Assembly (NCBI GenBank): GCA_041497995.1
Contig: JBGQHM010000001.1
Span: 1-61,470, forward strand
DNA: 61,470 bases
Reading direction: 5' to 3'
From: Candidatus Binatia bacterium
Lineage (GTDB): Bacteria > Desulfobacterota > Binatia > HRBIN30
Part shown: positions 17,139 to 25,525 of the stretch, one piece after another
Layout: every line of letters begins with the position of its first letter
How positions within the stretch are numbered: the stretch's first letter is position 1
Notes under the pieces: model-generated
The model's database searches: none
Told to the model about the DNA's origin: nothing
The model's input: only the letters and a program-made list of their open reading frames with translations
Position numbers and translations under genes: made by a program

Positions 17139-18838
17139 CGCCCGCTCGGCTGTGATGCGTTGTCAAGGTGTGCCACCCGTTCGCCAACCGCCCGTTCAAG
17201 AACAGCTAGACGCGCTTCGAGTGCCGCGTTGTGCTGTTGGAGTGCCGTGATGGCCGCGTCCTTCTGCCGCATGAGCTCATATAGTCCCTTGATGGCCGCG
17301 AACGCCACACCTTGCGCATCGCTGGTGTTGATCATCGTTTCCTCGCCGAGACCAAAGGCCGCGTGGAAGTCCTGGGCGACGGGGCCGATGTGCTTGTGGG
17401 TAGGATCGGTTCCCTTCAAGTTCCACCACGTCACTGGGAGCGTACTCACGCGGCGCAACGTGTCATGTGCATCGACGGGCACAAAGTTCTCCTTGACGGT
17501 GCGATCGCTCGTGCAGTTCCACCCTACGGAATCCGGATGGAGGTCGCAGTGCGCGTCGCCGCCGTGCCAGAACTCGACGCCGCCGACCGAGGTCACGTTG
17601 AAGTCGTAGAGGTGCGCCGATAGGCCGGCTCGCGTGCCGTCGCTCCAGACGAAGGACCGGTCGTGCAGCGCGTGGGCGTTCATACCCGCAGCGAAGCTGC
17701 CCGTGCCGTGCGCCTCGTTCGTCCAACCACCGGGCACGGTAGAATAGTCACCGCTCGCGGTGTTGTCGGAGCCGCCACCGATGGTGGCACCGAAGCGGCT
17801 GGCGCTGTTGCGCACTCCCCCGCCGACGGTTGAAGCGTCACCACCGGCGGTATTGCTATCTCCGCCTCCGACGGCTGACCTTTCAGCGCTGGCAGTGTTG
17901 TTCGCACCGCCCGCAACAGTTGCACCCACCCCGCTCGCGACGTTGCTGGCGCCACCACCAATTGCCGTGACAGGACCCGTAGCGGTATTCTTCACGCCAC
18001 CACCGACCGTTGCGAAGACGGACGCGATATTCTCCCCCAGGTCACCGCCCCCGCCACCGATGGTGGCACCGTATACCGCGGGCACGCTAACGCCGTTGCC
18101 ACTGAATCCACCGATCACGTTCGGACTGATCATGTTCGGCTCGAGGCGCATGGCACGGGTGCCGTTGACCCGCAGTTCCAGTGCCTGGTTGTCGGTCGTG
18201 CCGAGAAAGGCGCTCGCGGAGGTGCCGCTGTTGCCGGTGAGACTCCAGCAGGATGAAGTGCTCGGCACTTGCCAAACGACACCGCTTCCGTTCGACGTCA
18301 GTACCTGTCCGCTTGTCGAGCCGGTGGCGCTCAGCTTCACCGTGCTAACTTGCGCGTCGCCGATCTTCGCGGTGGTAACGGACCCATTGGCCAGGTCGGC
18401 CGCGTCGAGGCAGGCGGTGCAGGTGACGTCGTTTGCGACGCCAGCAACGGGCGAGTACAGCGCATACGGCGTAGCCGCTAGCGGCTGGCGCGGCGCGAGC
18501 GTGGCGTAACTGCCGCTCCCCGTCGGGCAGCGCACGGCGATCTGCAACCAACGATCGTTGCCGTCGAACGCGCTGCCGCCGAAGTCGAGCGGCACGGTGA
18601 ACAGTCCGTTGGCGACGGCAACCGGGCTGGCGGCCCGCAGGCCGCCGATCTGCGCGCCGCCAAAGGCGGCGTCGAACAGGCCGAACTGGAAGTCACACGC
18701 GTCGTTCGCCGCTGCGCCGGCTGTTTGCAGCTGCCCTTGGTAAGTGAAGGCCGTGCTGAGTGCCGTGCCGCTCTGGGCCGAGCCGCACACGAGCAAGGTG
18801 GCGACGACGATACGACGCCCTACGACCCTCATGTTCAT
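17135..18838 (-). CDS. secreted fibre protein 2 with C-terminal peptidase-S74 intramolecular chaperone domain ('tail fiber domain-containing protein')
   Basis: Start MNMRVVGRRIVVATLLVCGSAQS (signal peptide). The N-module is AFTYQGQLQTAG..CDFQFGLFDA, followed by Gly-rich repeats. The C-terminus is SDRTVKENFVPVD...IGPVAQDFHAAFGLG...INTSDAQGVAFAAIKGLYEL plus a coiled coil. The ATGA at 18835-18838 is shared with the fibre-1 stop. Confidence 0.85.
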   Translation of the reverse strand: MNMRVVGRRIVVATLLVCGSAQSGTALSTAFTYQGQLQTAGAAANDACDFQFGLFDAAFGGAQIGGLRAASPVAVANGLFTVPLDFGGSAFDGNDRWLQIAVRCPTGSGSYATLAPRQPLAATPYALYSPVAGVANDVTCTACLDAADLANGSVTTAKIGDAQVSTVKLSATGSTSGQVLTSNGSGVVWQVPSTSSCWSLTGNSGTSASAFLGTTDNQALELRVNGTRAMRLEPNMISPNVIGGFSGNGVSVPAVYGATIGGGGGDLGENIASVFATVGGGVKNTATGPVTAIGGGASNVASGVGATVAGGANNTASAERSAVGGGDSNTAGGDASTVGGGVRNSASRFGATIGGGSDNTASGDYSTVPGGWTNEAHGTGSFAAGMNAHALHDRSFVWSDGTRAGLSAHLYDFNVTSVGGVEFWHGGDAHCDLHPDSVGWNCTSDRTVKENFVPVDAHDTLRRVSTLPVTWWNLKGTDPTHKHIGPVAQDFHAAFGLGEETMINTSDAQGVAFAAIKGLYELMRQKDAAITALQQHNAALEARLAVLERAVGERVAHLDNASQPSGR

Positions 18839-21381
18839 CGTCGGTCCTCGCTGGACACTCGAGTCGTCTGGGCTATGACATTCTGCTCGACCACTGCAAG
18901 GCGCGCCTCCAGTTCGGCGATCTCGGCGTCCTTCTCTCGAATCATCGCGTACAGCCCTTGGATGGCGGCTAGCGCAACGCCCTGTGCGTCGCTGGTGTTG
19001 ATGGTCGTGTCGTCCGTGCCGAGCTCGAAGGCGGCGTGGAAGTCCTGGGCCATCGGGCCGATGTGCCTGTTGCCGGGTTCGGCGCCTTTCATGTTCCATT
19101 GAGTGATCGCCATGGCACCAAGCCGTTGCAGCAACGCGCGTTGGTCGATGGAGACGAAGTTCTCCTTGGCGTTGCGGTCGCTGGTACAGTTCCAGTTGGG
19201 CTGGCCCGGTACGAGGTCACAATGCTCGCTACCGTTCGTGGAGTAGTAGAACTCGACGCCGCCGGTCGAGGTTACGTTGAAGTCGTTGGCGTGAGCCGAA
19301 AGGCCAGCGCGCGTACCATCGCTAAAGACGACGGAACCCGCGTGCGTGGCGTGGGCGTCGCGGCCGGCCGCGAAGCTAAACGCGCCGCTGGCTAGGTTGC
19401 GAGTGCCGCCCGCTACCGTGGCAAAGGTTCCTGAGGCGAGGTTGTTCCCGCCGCCTGCCACGGTGCCGTATGGGCCAGTGACGCGGTTGCCGGTGGTTTC
19501 ATCGTTTGCGTTCGTTCGGCCGCCGCCGCCGATCGTGGCGAAGGGCGCGGTCGCTTGATTTCCAAAGCCGCCCGCGACGGTGGCGTTCTCGTCACTGGCC
19601 ATACTTCCGGCGATGTTGAGAATACCTCCCGCTACCGTGGCGTGGTTGGCAGCCGCGCCGTTGGACTGTCCGCCCCCGATTGTGGCCGCGAAGTCACCGA
19701 TAGCGCGGTTGTTGAGCCCGCCCGCAACAGTGTTGCTGTCCCCGTCGGCCTCGTTGTTGGAACCGCCGCCAATCGTTGCACGCGGCCGGTTCGCTGTGTT
19801 CGCGGAACCGCCGGAGACCGTGCTGTCCTCGTGCGTGGCGTCGTTGTTCGCCCCCCCGCTCACCGTGGCGTTCTTGCCACTGGCAAGGTTGTTCAGTCCG
19901 CCGCCCACGGTGGCGTAAACCGCGTCGGTCGTGTCTGCGTTTCCGTTTCCTACGAAATTGTGCCCGCCGCCGCCGACCGTGCCGTAATCGTCGGTGACGT
20001 GATGGCCCGTGTCGACGTCGCTCACATTCGATCGGCCGCCGCCAGCGATCGTCGCAAACGCACCTTGTGCATCGTTACCTAGCCCACCACCGACGGTGGC
20101 ACCAAGACCTCTGGCCGTGTTGGCGCCTCCGCCGCCAACGGCGGCCCAGTAGTTAGCAGCGCTGTTGCCAACACCGCCGCCTACCGTAGCGAAGGCCGCG
20201 TCCCTCGTGTCGCCGTTGTTGTTTCCCGTCTGGTTTCCGCCCCCGCCGCCGACGGTGCCGTAGTCGTCGCTGACATGGTTACCCGTACTCGCATTCGTGG
20301 GATCGGTTCTGCCGCCGCCACCGATGGTCGCGTAGGCGGCCTGCGCGCTATTGCCAAGGCCGCCGCCGATTGCGGCGTCTTGGCCGGAGACAGTGTTCCT
20401 GTCGCCGCCGGCAATGGTGGCGCCCAGTCCACTGGCGACGCAGGAAAATCCCCCGCCAACGCTCGCGGTCGCGCCGCTGGCTTCGTTTGCGTATCCGCCG
20501 CCGACCGTGGCATTCGCACCGCTGGCACGGTTCCCCAGCCCGCCGCCGACCGTGGCGAAGTCAGCCACGACATTGACCAAGCTGTTGCCGCCGCCGCCAC
20601 CAATCGTAGCTCCGGCCACGCTGGCCGAGGTCGCGGCATTTCCACTGAACCCACCGATCACGTTTGGGCTACCGGCGGCGGGCTCGATCCGCAACGCGCG
20701 CGCGCCGTTGACGCGCAGCTCCAATGCCTTGTTGTCGGTCGTTCCGAGAAAGTTGCTCGCCGTCGTTCCCGCGTTGCCGGTGAGGTTCCAGGTGTTGGTC
20801 GCTGCGCTGGGGGACTGCCACACCACGCCCGCGCCGTTCGACGTCAGCACCTGTCCGTTCGTCGAGCCGCCGGCGCTGAGCTTTGCGGTGCTCACTTGCC
20901 CGTCGCCGATCTTCGCCGCGGTGATCGCGCCGTTGGCCAAGTCGGTCGAGCTGAGGCAGCCCGTGCAGGTCAGATCGTTCGCGACGCCGGCAACCGGTGA
21001 GTACAACGCGTACGGCGCGGCGCTGAGCGGCTGGCGCGGCGTGAGTGTGGTGTAACTGCCGCTACCCACCGGGCAGCGCACGGCGATCTGCAGAAAACGA
21101 TCGGCGCCGTTGAAAGCGGTGCCACCAAAATCGAGCGGCACGGTGAACAACCCATCGGCGACTGTCACTGGCGTGAGCGTCTGCGTGCTGCCTACCTGTG
21201 TCCCACCTGACGCCGCGTCGAACAGCGTAAACTGGAAGTCGCACGTATCATTTTCCACCGTACCGCTGTGTTGCAGCTGGCCTTGATAGGTGAAGGCTGT
21301 ACCGAGCGCGTGTGCCTGCAGGCTCGTCGCGATCAGCAATCCGAGCAGCCAACCGATTCCGTGGAATCTCACAGTAGCCAT
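18835..21381 (-). CDS. secreted fibre protein 1 (848 aa) with C-terminal peptidase-S74 intramolecular chaperone domain
   Basis: Start MATVRFHGIGWLLGLLIATSLQAHA, with GGAGG 10 nt upstream. It has the same N-module as fibre 2 and a long run of 'ATVGGG.gN.A.G' repeats. The C-terminus is SDRNAKENFVSID...IGPMAQDFHAAFELG...INTSDAQGVALAAIQGLYAM. Confidence 0.85.
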   Translation of the reverse strand: MATVRFHGIGWLLGLLIATSLQAHALGTAFTYQGQLQHSGTVENDTCDFQFTLFDAASGGTQVGSTQTLTPVTVADGLFTVPLDFGGTAFNGADRFLQIAVRCPVGSGSYTTLTPRQPLSAAPYALYSPVAGVANDLTCTGCLSSTDLANGAITAAKIGDGQVSTAKLSAGGSTNGQVLTSNGAGVVWQSPSAATNTWNLTGNAGTTASNFLGTTDNKALELRVNGARALRIEPAAGSPNVIGGFSGNAATSASVAGATIGGGGGNSLVNVVADFATVGGGLGNRASGANATVGGGYANEASGATASVGGGFSCVASGLGATIAGGDRNTVSGQDAAIGGGLGNSAQAAYATIGGGGRTDPTNASTGNHVSDDYGTVGGGGGNQTGNNNGDTRDAAFATVGGGVGNSAANYWAAVGGGGANTARGLGATVGGGLGNDAQGAFATIAGGGRSNVSDVDTGHHVTDDYGTVGGGGHNFVGNGNADTTDAVYATVGGGLNNLASGKNATVSGGANNDATHEDSTVSGGSANTANRPRATIGGGSNNEADGDSNTVAGGLNNRAIGDFAATIGGGQSNGAAANHATVAGGILNIAGSMASDENATVAGGFGNQATAPFATIGGGGRTNANDETTGNRVTGPYGTVAGGGNNLASGTFATVAGGTRNLASGAFSFAAGRDAHATHAGSVVFSDGTRAGLSAHANDFNVTSTGGVEFYYSTNGSEHCDLVPGQPNWNCTSDRNAKENFVSIDQRALLQRLGAMAITQWNMKGAEPGNRHIGPMAQDFHAAFELGTDDTTINTSDAQGVALAAIQGLYAMIREKDAEIAELEARLAVVEQNVIAQTTRVSSEDRR

Positions 21382-21749
21382 GATGTCGACACCTCCGGAT
21401 CGTAGCGACAGACTGCGCCGGTGCGGATCGAGCGCGCGAGGTGGCGCCCGAGCGCCGGATGCTCCTTCTCGATGCGCAGCAGTGCGGTGCGGATGCGCAT
21501 TGTCACGGCGGCGCGGGCGCGCTCCGCCGCTTCCTCTGTCCCAACTTCGCCGTTCGATTCGAGCAAGTCGGCCGCCGGGAGTCCGCCGTCTTGCTGCCCC
21601 AGCAAGCGCGCGATGTCGTGGAGGCCCTTGGCGTCCTTCAAATGGACGACGCGGCCCGCATAGGCGACGGTCCAGAAGTGCCCTTCCTTGCGGAAGACGT
21701 TCTCGGAACCGTCCGTGACGCTGTGAGCGCGCGGCTTCCCTGTGTGCAT
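21369..21749 (-). CDS. small protein paralogous to the C-terminal module of the adjacent STAND ATPase (putative regulator)
   Basis: 126 aa. VFRKEGHFWTVAYAGRVVHLKDAKGLHDIARLL and ERARAAVTMRIRTALLRIEKEHPALGRHLARSIRTGAVCRY are collinear with the last 180 aa of the 21866-25195 product. The 3' end overlaps the fibre-1 start by 13 nt. No clear SD. Confidence 0.7.
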   Translation of the reverse strand: MHTGKPRAHSVTDGSENVFRKEGHFWTVAYAGRVVHLKDAKGLHDIARLLGQQDGGLPAADLLESNGEVGTEEAAERARAAVTMRIRTALLRIEKEHPALGRHLARSIRTGAVCRYDPEVSTSWLL

Positions 21750-21790
21750 TCACAGAGAAGGCGTAAGAAAGATCGTTACAATGTAAGGAA

Positions 21791-21861
21791 GGGGTGTAGG
21801 GGGTCGGGTGTAGGGTGTCAAGCCTGAGGGCCTGAGGGGCTACACCCGACACCCCACACCC
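21791..21861 (-). terminator. long imperfect hairpin (about 20 of 22 bp paired, 26-nt loop) just 3' of the STAND gene stop; probable terminator/insulator
   Basis: The arms GGGGTGTAGGGGGTCGGGTGTAG (21791-21813) and CTACACCCGACACCCCACACCC (21840-21861) are complementary with 2 mismatches. On the transcribed (minus) strand the hairpin is followed by a T-rich, AT-rich stretch (CTTCCTTACATTGTAACGATCTTTCTT). Confidence 0.5.
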
Positions 21862-21865
21862 GTCT

Positions 21866-24800
21866 TCAGAGATTCCAACGTACCGGCGCCTCAGGCACGT
21901 AGGAGCAGAAGGTGCCAGTCTTGACCGACCTGGACAGATGGAGGGCGAGAGCAGGGTGGTGCCTTTTGATTTTGGCCAGGCTGTCTCGGATTCGCATAGT
22001 GACTGCGGCGCGGGCGCGTTCGGCGGGATCACCCGGCCGGCGTCGGCGGCCGCCGAGGCCGTAGGCCGCGGCCAGCTCGCCGGCGATCAAGTCGAGCTCC
22101 GTTCGCGCCCGGTCGGCACGCCCCAAGTCGGCCAGCCGTTCGGCGTCCTCCAGCTCTTCGCGCAGCTCTGCAAGGCGGGCGCGATACTCCTGCCGCGCCC
22201 GGCCGTCGATCGCGGGGTCGCTCGGGGCGCGTTCGCGGCGGACGCCGGCCGGTGCCGCTGCGGACCCGGCGACGAGGTCGGCCACGTGCAGGCTCTCTCC
22301 CGGTCGCATCAGCAGGGCGGCGATGTCGCGCAGGCCCTTCGCGTCTTTCAGGCGCACGGACCGTCCCTGGTAGGCGAGGGTCCAATAGTCGCCCTCCTTG
22401 CGGAATACGGCCGCTTCGATTGGTGGAGCCGCTGCTAGCGTCGGGGCCGCCAGAGCCGCGCTACGCAGGGCCGCCGCCTTCCTTGCGAGACTGTTCATGC
22501 CGAGGCTTTGGGCCGCTTGTAGCGCCTCTTCCACGTAGCGCATCGCGCGTTCCCGGTCAGCCGGTCCGTTGCGCCGGAAGAGCAGGTCGGCATAGGCGAG
22601 CTGCGTCCGCGCCAGCGCCGGCCGTGCTCCGAGCCGCGTCTCCACGGCGAATGCAGATTGGAAATGCTGCTCGGCTTGTTCGTAGTGTTCCGCGGTCATG
22701 GCGAGGATGGCGAGGTAACGCTGCACGGATCCGACGTAGCAAAAGTAGAGTGCCCCAACCTGCAAGTCGGCATGTGGCGCCAACAGTTGGTACAGGAAGG
22801 CACTGCGGCGCGTGTCGCGGAGAAAGGTGCAGACGATCGCGAGGCACGCCACAGCCGTGAGCCACGTGGCATCGCGCGGCAGATCGCGGAAGTCATTCGC
22901 GGCCAACCGTTCAAACTCGCTGCGTGCTTCGGCCTCGCGGTCCAGCTCAACATAGAGCGACGCCAGGGCGGCACGGGCGGCGGGTATGGCGGTGTCGTGC
23001 TCCGCAATCGCCACGACGCTCGCTTCGACCTCGTCACACCGCCCCTGCTCATAGCGCAAGTGGAAGACCAGCAGGCCGAGCACGCCACCGATACTCGATC
23101 GCTGCCCGAGCAGAGCGGCCATGGCCTGTGACGCCAACTCCTCGGCTTGGGGAAACCGTCCAAGCATCACCGCGCGCGTGGCCTGCAAACACAGCGTGGT
23201 GAACTGATGCCCCGGTTCTCTCAGCTCATCTGCCAGCTGCGCACGCCGCGCGACGTCGCGATCCGCGCGCGCGAGATCGCCCATCGTCTGCAGGACGGTG
23301 ATACGACAGTTGTAGCCCATGACGGTCAGATCCTTGTCGCCCAGCGCCGTTCCGAGGTCGATGACCTCGCTTGCGAGGTAGAGCAGTGTCTTGGGGGCGA
23401 GCGATGCGAACAGCACCCAGAAGCGACTGACGAGCGCTTGGGCCAACGCCGCGCTGTCGCCCACGCGGCGTGCCATCTCGAGGGCCTCGCGACTGAGTGC
23501 CTCCCGGGTCTCGTCCGAGTCGGCGCCGCGGCACTCATTCGCGAGGCGGGACATGACCTGCGAGCGCAGTGCACTGTCCGCCGTGCTCAGGCTCTGCAGC
23601 GCCTCCTCCAGGAGCGCGATCCGCGTGCGATCCACTCTGCCAAATCCCGGAAACGGCGTGACGATACCCAGAGCGGCCTGTGCCAGGCGCGTTCTGTCGC
23701 CCGTCTTCCGCGCGAGCTGGGCGGCTTGCCGCAGCGTCTCCTTCCCTTCTCGCCAGCCGCCGGCGCTGATCTGCGCCCGGCCGAGCGCGAGCAGCAGCTC
23801 GCACAGTGGCGTCTCGTCGGCGGTCGCCTCCAGACAGACGCGCGCACGTTCGAAGTGCTTGACCGCTTCCTCGTAGGCGAACATGCCCAGCGCCTGCTGG
23901 CCGGCGCGGGTCGCATAGTCGATGACCTTGGTGGCGTCGCCCACCCGCGTGCCCTCGAAGAAATGGTGCGCTAGCTCGGCCAAGTGCGGCTCGGGGTCAC
24001 CGGCGCAGAGCGCTTCGAGTGTTTCGCCGACGCGTCGGTGCAGTTGCCGTCGCTGGTCCGTGGCCAGCTCGCTGTACAGTGCGGCGCGGATCAGGTCGTG
24101 CGCGAAGCGGAACCCACCGAGGACGAACGGTCGCTCGGCCAGGACTCGGGCAGCGACGGCCTCGTGGAGGAGATCGGGAAGCCGGGCGCGTGTCAGCTCG
24201 CTGGCGCCACCGAGCAGCTCGATATCGAATTCCCGCCCGATGACCGCCGCCACGGTCAGCGCCCGGCTGCAGTCCTCGGACAGTCGATCGAGGCGACGCC
24301 CGATGACCTCACGCACTCCCTGCGGAATTCCGAGCGCCCCGGACTCGATGTCACTGGCGCGTGGGAGTCGACCGTCGGACGCCAGCAATCGGACCACCTC
24401 GCTGACGAAGAAGGGGTTCCCCTCCGTGTGCCGATGGACCGCGGCGGCCACGCTCTCCGGACAATCTGTCTCGAGCACCGCGCGTATGAAGCGGCCGACC
24501 TCCGGCTCGCTGAATCCCGCAAGCAGGATTCTCCCACCGATCGTGAGGTCGCCGAGTGCCCGCGACAGCGGGTGCTGGCGCCCGATCTCGTCATGGCGGT
24601 ACGTGCCAACGACCAGAAGGCGCGCGTCACGCAGCTCTCTGGACAGAAACTGAAGCAACTGCGTTGACGCCTCGTCCGCCCAGTGGAGATCGTCGAGGAC
24701 GAGCACTACAGGCTGCGCACGGGCGACGCTTTTGAGGAAGGTTGCAATGCTGTCGAAGAGGCGAAAGCGGGCCTGCTCGGGCTCCAACGTGGCGGCGCGC

Positions 24801-25195
24801 ACCGGCGCATTGGGCAAACGTTCGCGCACCTCGTCGAGGAGCGGCGCGATGTCTGCGACCCCGGGGCCCAGCTCCTCGACCAGCTGCGCCAGCTCGCAGC
24901 TGCGAACGCGTTGGCGGATGATCTGCAGCCACGGCCAGTAGGCGGGCTCGCCCATACTCTGGCACGCACCCCAGAGGACGCGTGCGCCGCGCGCAGCCGC
25001 GTGGTTAGAAAACTCGTCTAGCAGACGGGTCTTGCCGATCCCGGCCTCGCCGGCAATGAGCAGGAGCCGCCCGCGGCCGGCCGCCGCCTCCTCGAACCCG
25101 GCGCGCAACTCGGCCATCTCCCGGTCGCGTCCGACGAACGCGCGGCTGGCAGCGGGATCGTCCCCGACGCCATCGGCTACATTATCAAGACTCAT
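21866..25195 (-). CDS. STAND-type signalling ATPase (AAA_16 P-loop + TPR-like helical repeats) with an uncharacterised C-terminal output module
   Basis: Start MSLDNVADG. FVGRDREMAEL...LLLIAGEAGIGKTRLLDEF (Walker A) and VVLVLDDLHWAD (Walker B), then about 600 aa of TPR-like helices, then the FRKEGDYW.../ERARAAVTMRIR... module. No LuxR HTH and no N-terminal effector domain recognised. Confidence 0.85.
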   Translation of the reverse strand: MSLDNVADGVGDDPAASRAFVGRDREMAELRAGFEEAAAGRGRLLLIAGEAGIGKTRLLDEFSNHAAARGARVLWGACQSMGEPAYWPWLQIIRQRVRSCELAQLVEELGPGVADIAPLLDEVRERLPNAPVRAATLEPEQARFRLFDSIATFLKSVARAQPVVLVLDDLHWADEASTQLLQFLSRELRDARLLVVGTYRHDEIGRQHPLSRALGDLTIGGRILLAGFSEPEVGRFIRAVLETDCPESVAAAVHRHTEGNPFFVSEVVRLLASDGRLPRASDIESGALGIPQGVREVIGRRLDRLSEDCSRALTVAAVIGREFDIELLGGASELTRARLPDLLHEAVAARVLAERPFVLGGFRFAHDLIRAALYSELATDQRRQLHRRVGETLEALCAGDPEPHLAELAHHFFEGTRVGDATKVIDYATRAGQQALGMFAYEEAVKHFERARVCLEATADETPLCELLLALGRAQISAGGWREGKETLRQAAQLARKTGDRTRLAQAALGIVTPFPGFGRVDRTRIALLEEALQSLSTADSALRSQVMSRLANECRGADSDETREALSREALEMARRVGDSAALAQALVSRFWVLFASLAPKTLLYLASEVIDLGTALGDKDLTVMGYNCRITVLQTMGDLARADRDVARRAQLADELREPGHQFTTLCLQATRAVMLGRFPQAEELASQAMAALLGQRSSIGGVLGLLVFHLRYEQGRCDEVEASVVAIAEHDTAIPAARAALASLYVELDREAEARSEFERLAANDFRDLPRDATWLTAVACLAIVCTFLRDTRRSAFLYQLLAPHADLQVGALYFCYVGSVQRYLAILAMTAEHYEQAEQHFQSAFAVETRLGARPALARTQLAYADLLFRRNGPADRERAMRYVEEALQAAQSLGMNSLARKAAALRSAALAAPTLAAAPPIEAAVFRKEGDYWTLAYQGRSVRLKDAKGLRDIAALLMRPGESLHVADLVAGSAAAPAGVRRERAPSDPAIDGRARQEYRARLAELREELEDAERLADLGRADRARTELDLIAGELAAAYGLGGRRRRPGDPAERARAAVTMRIRDSLAKIKRHHPALALHLSRSVKTGTFCSYVPEAPVRWNL

Positions 25196-25509
25196 CTCGG
25201 CGTGTTCCTCTGCGACAGAAGGGGGTGTAGACGCCGGACCCGCTTCACGCGCACTTCTATACTGCTGAGGATCGAGCACGGTCAAACCATTGTGTCTGAA
25301 GCCCGCGAGGGTGCGCGCAACGAGGCTCGGGCGGCAGCGCATCCTCCCGTTGGCGCCACAGGAAGCGCTCGAAAGTTTCTACAGAGTGAGCGACTATGGC
25401 CGCTGCCAATCCTCAGTTCGGGCGCCGCGTCTGCTTCCCGCGGCGCCAACGGATTGTCGATGTACCCGAACACCTCCAGGGGTTACTTCCTCCAGCGGTG
25501 CGGCTTACC

Positions 25510-25525
25510 TGGCATGTGTCATGCT
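25510..25525 (+). promoter_or_regulatory. candidate sigma-54 (-24/-12) promoter element
   Basis: TGGCATGTGTCATGCT has GG-N10-GC spacing; the consensus is TGGCAC-N5-TTGCW. It overlaps the first ATG of the 25521 ORF. If it is real, the CDS would start at the GTG at 25554 (GAGG 8 nt upstream). Confidence 0.25.

Noticed and set aside
16242-21381. Prophage or phage-tail remnant suggested by the 'tail fibre' S74 domains.
   Set aside because: No capsid, portal, terminase, tape measure, baseplate, sheath/tube, holin/lysin, integrase or att-like repeats anywhere in the window. Both fibres have Sec signal peptides, which phage fibres lack. They are treated as a cellular cassette instead.
17135-21381. 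Diversity-generating retroelement acting on the paralogous fibre genes.
   Set aside because: There is no reverse transcriptase gene and no template/variable repeat pair with A-specific differences. The paralogues differ throughout.
21866-25195. Avs-like antiviral STAND defence protein.
   Set aside because: The protein starts directly with the P-loop module and has no N-terminal nuclease, protease, Sir2 or TIR effector. Its C-terminus is a regulator-like module duplicated in the neighbouring small gene. A MalT-type signalling role fits better.
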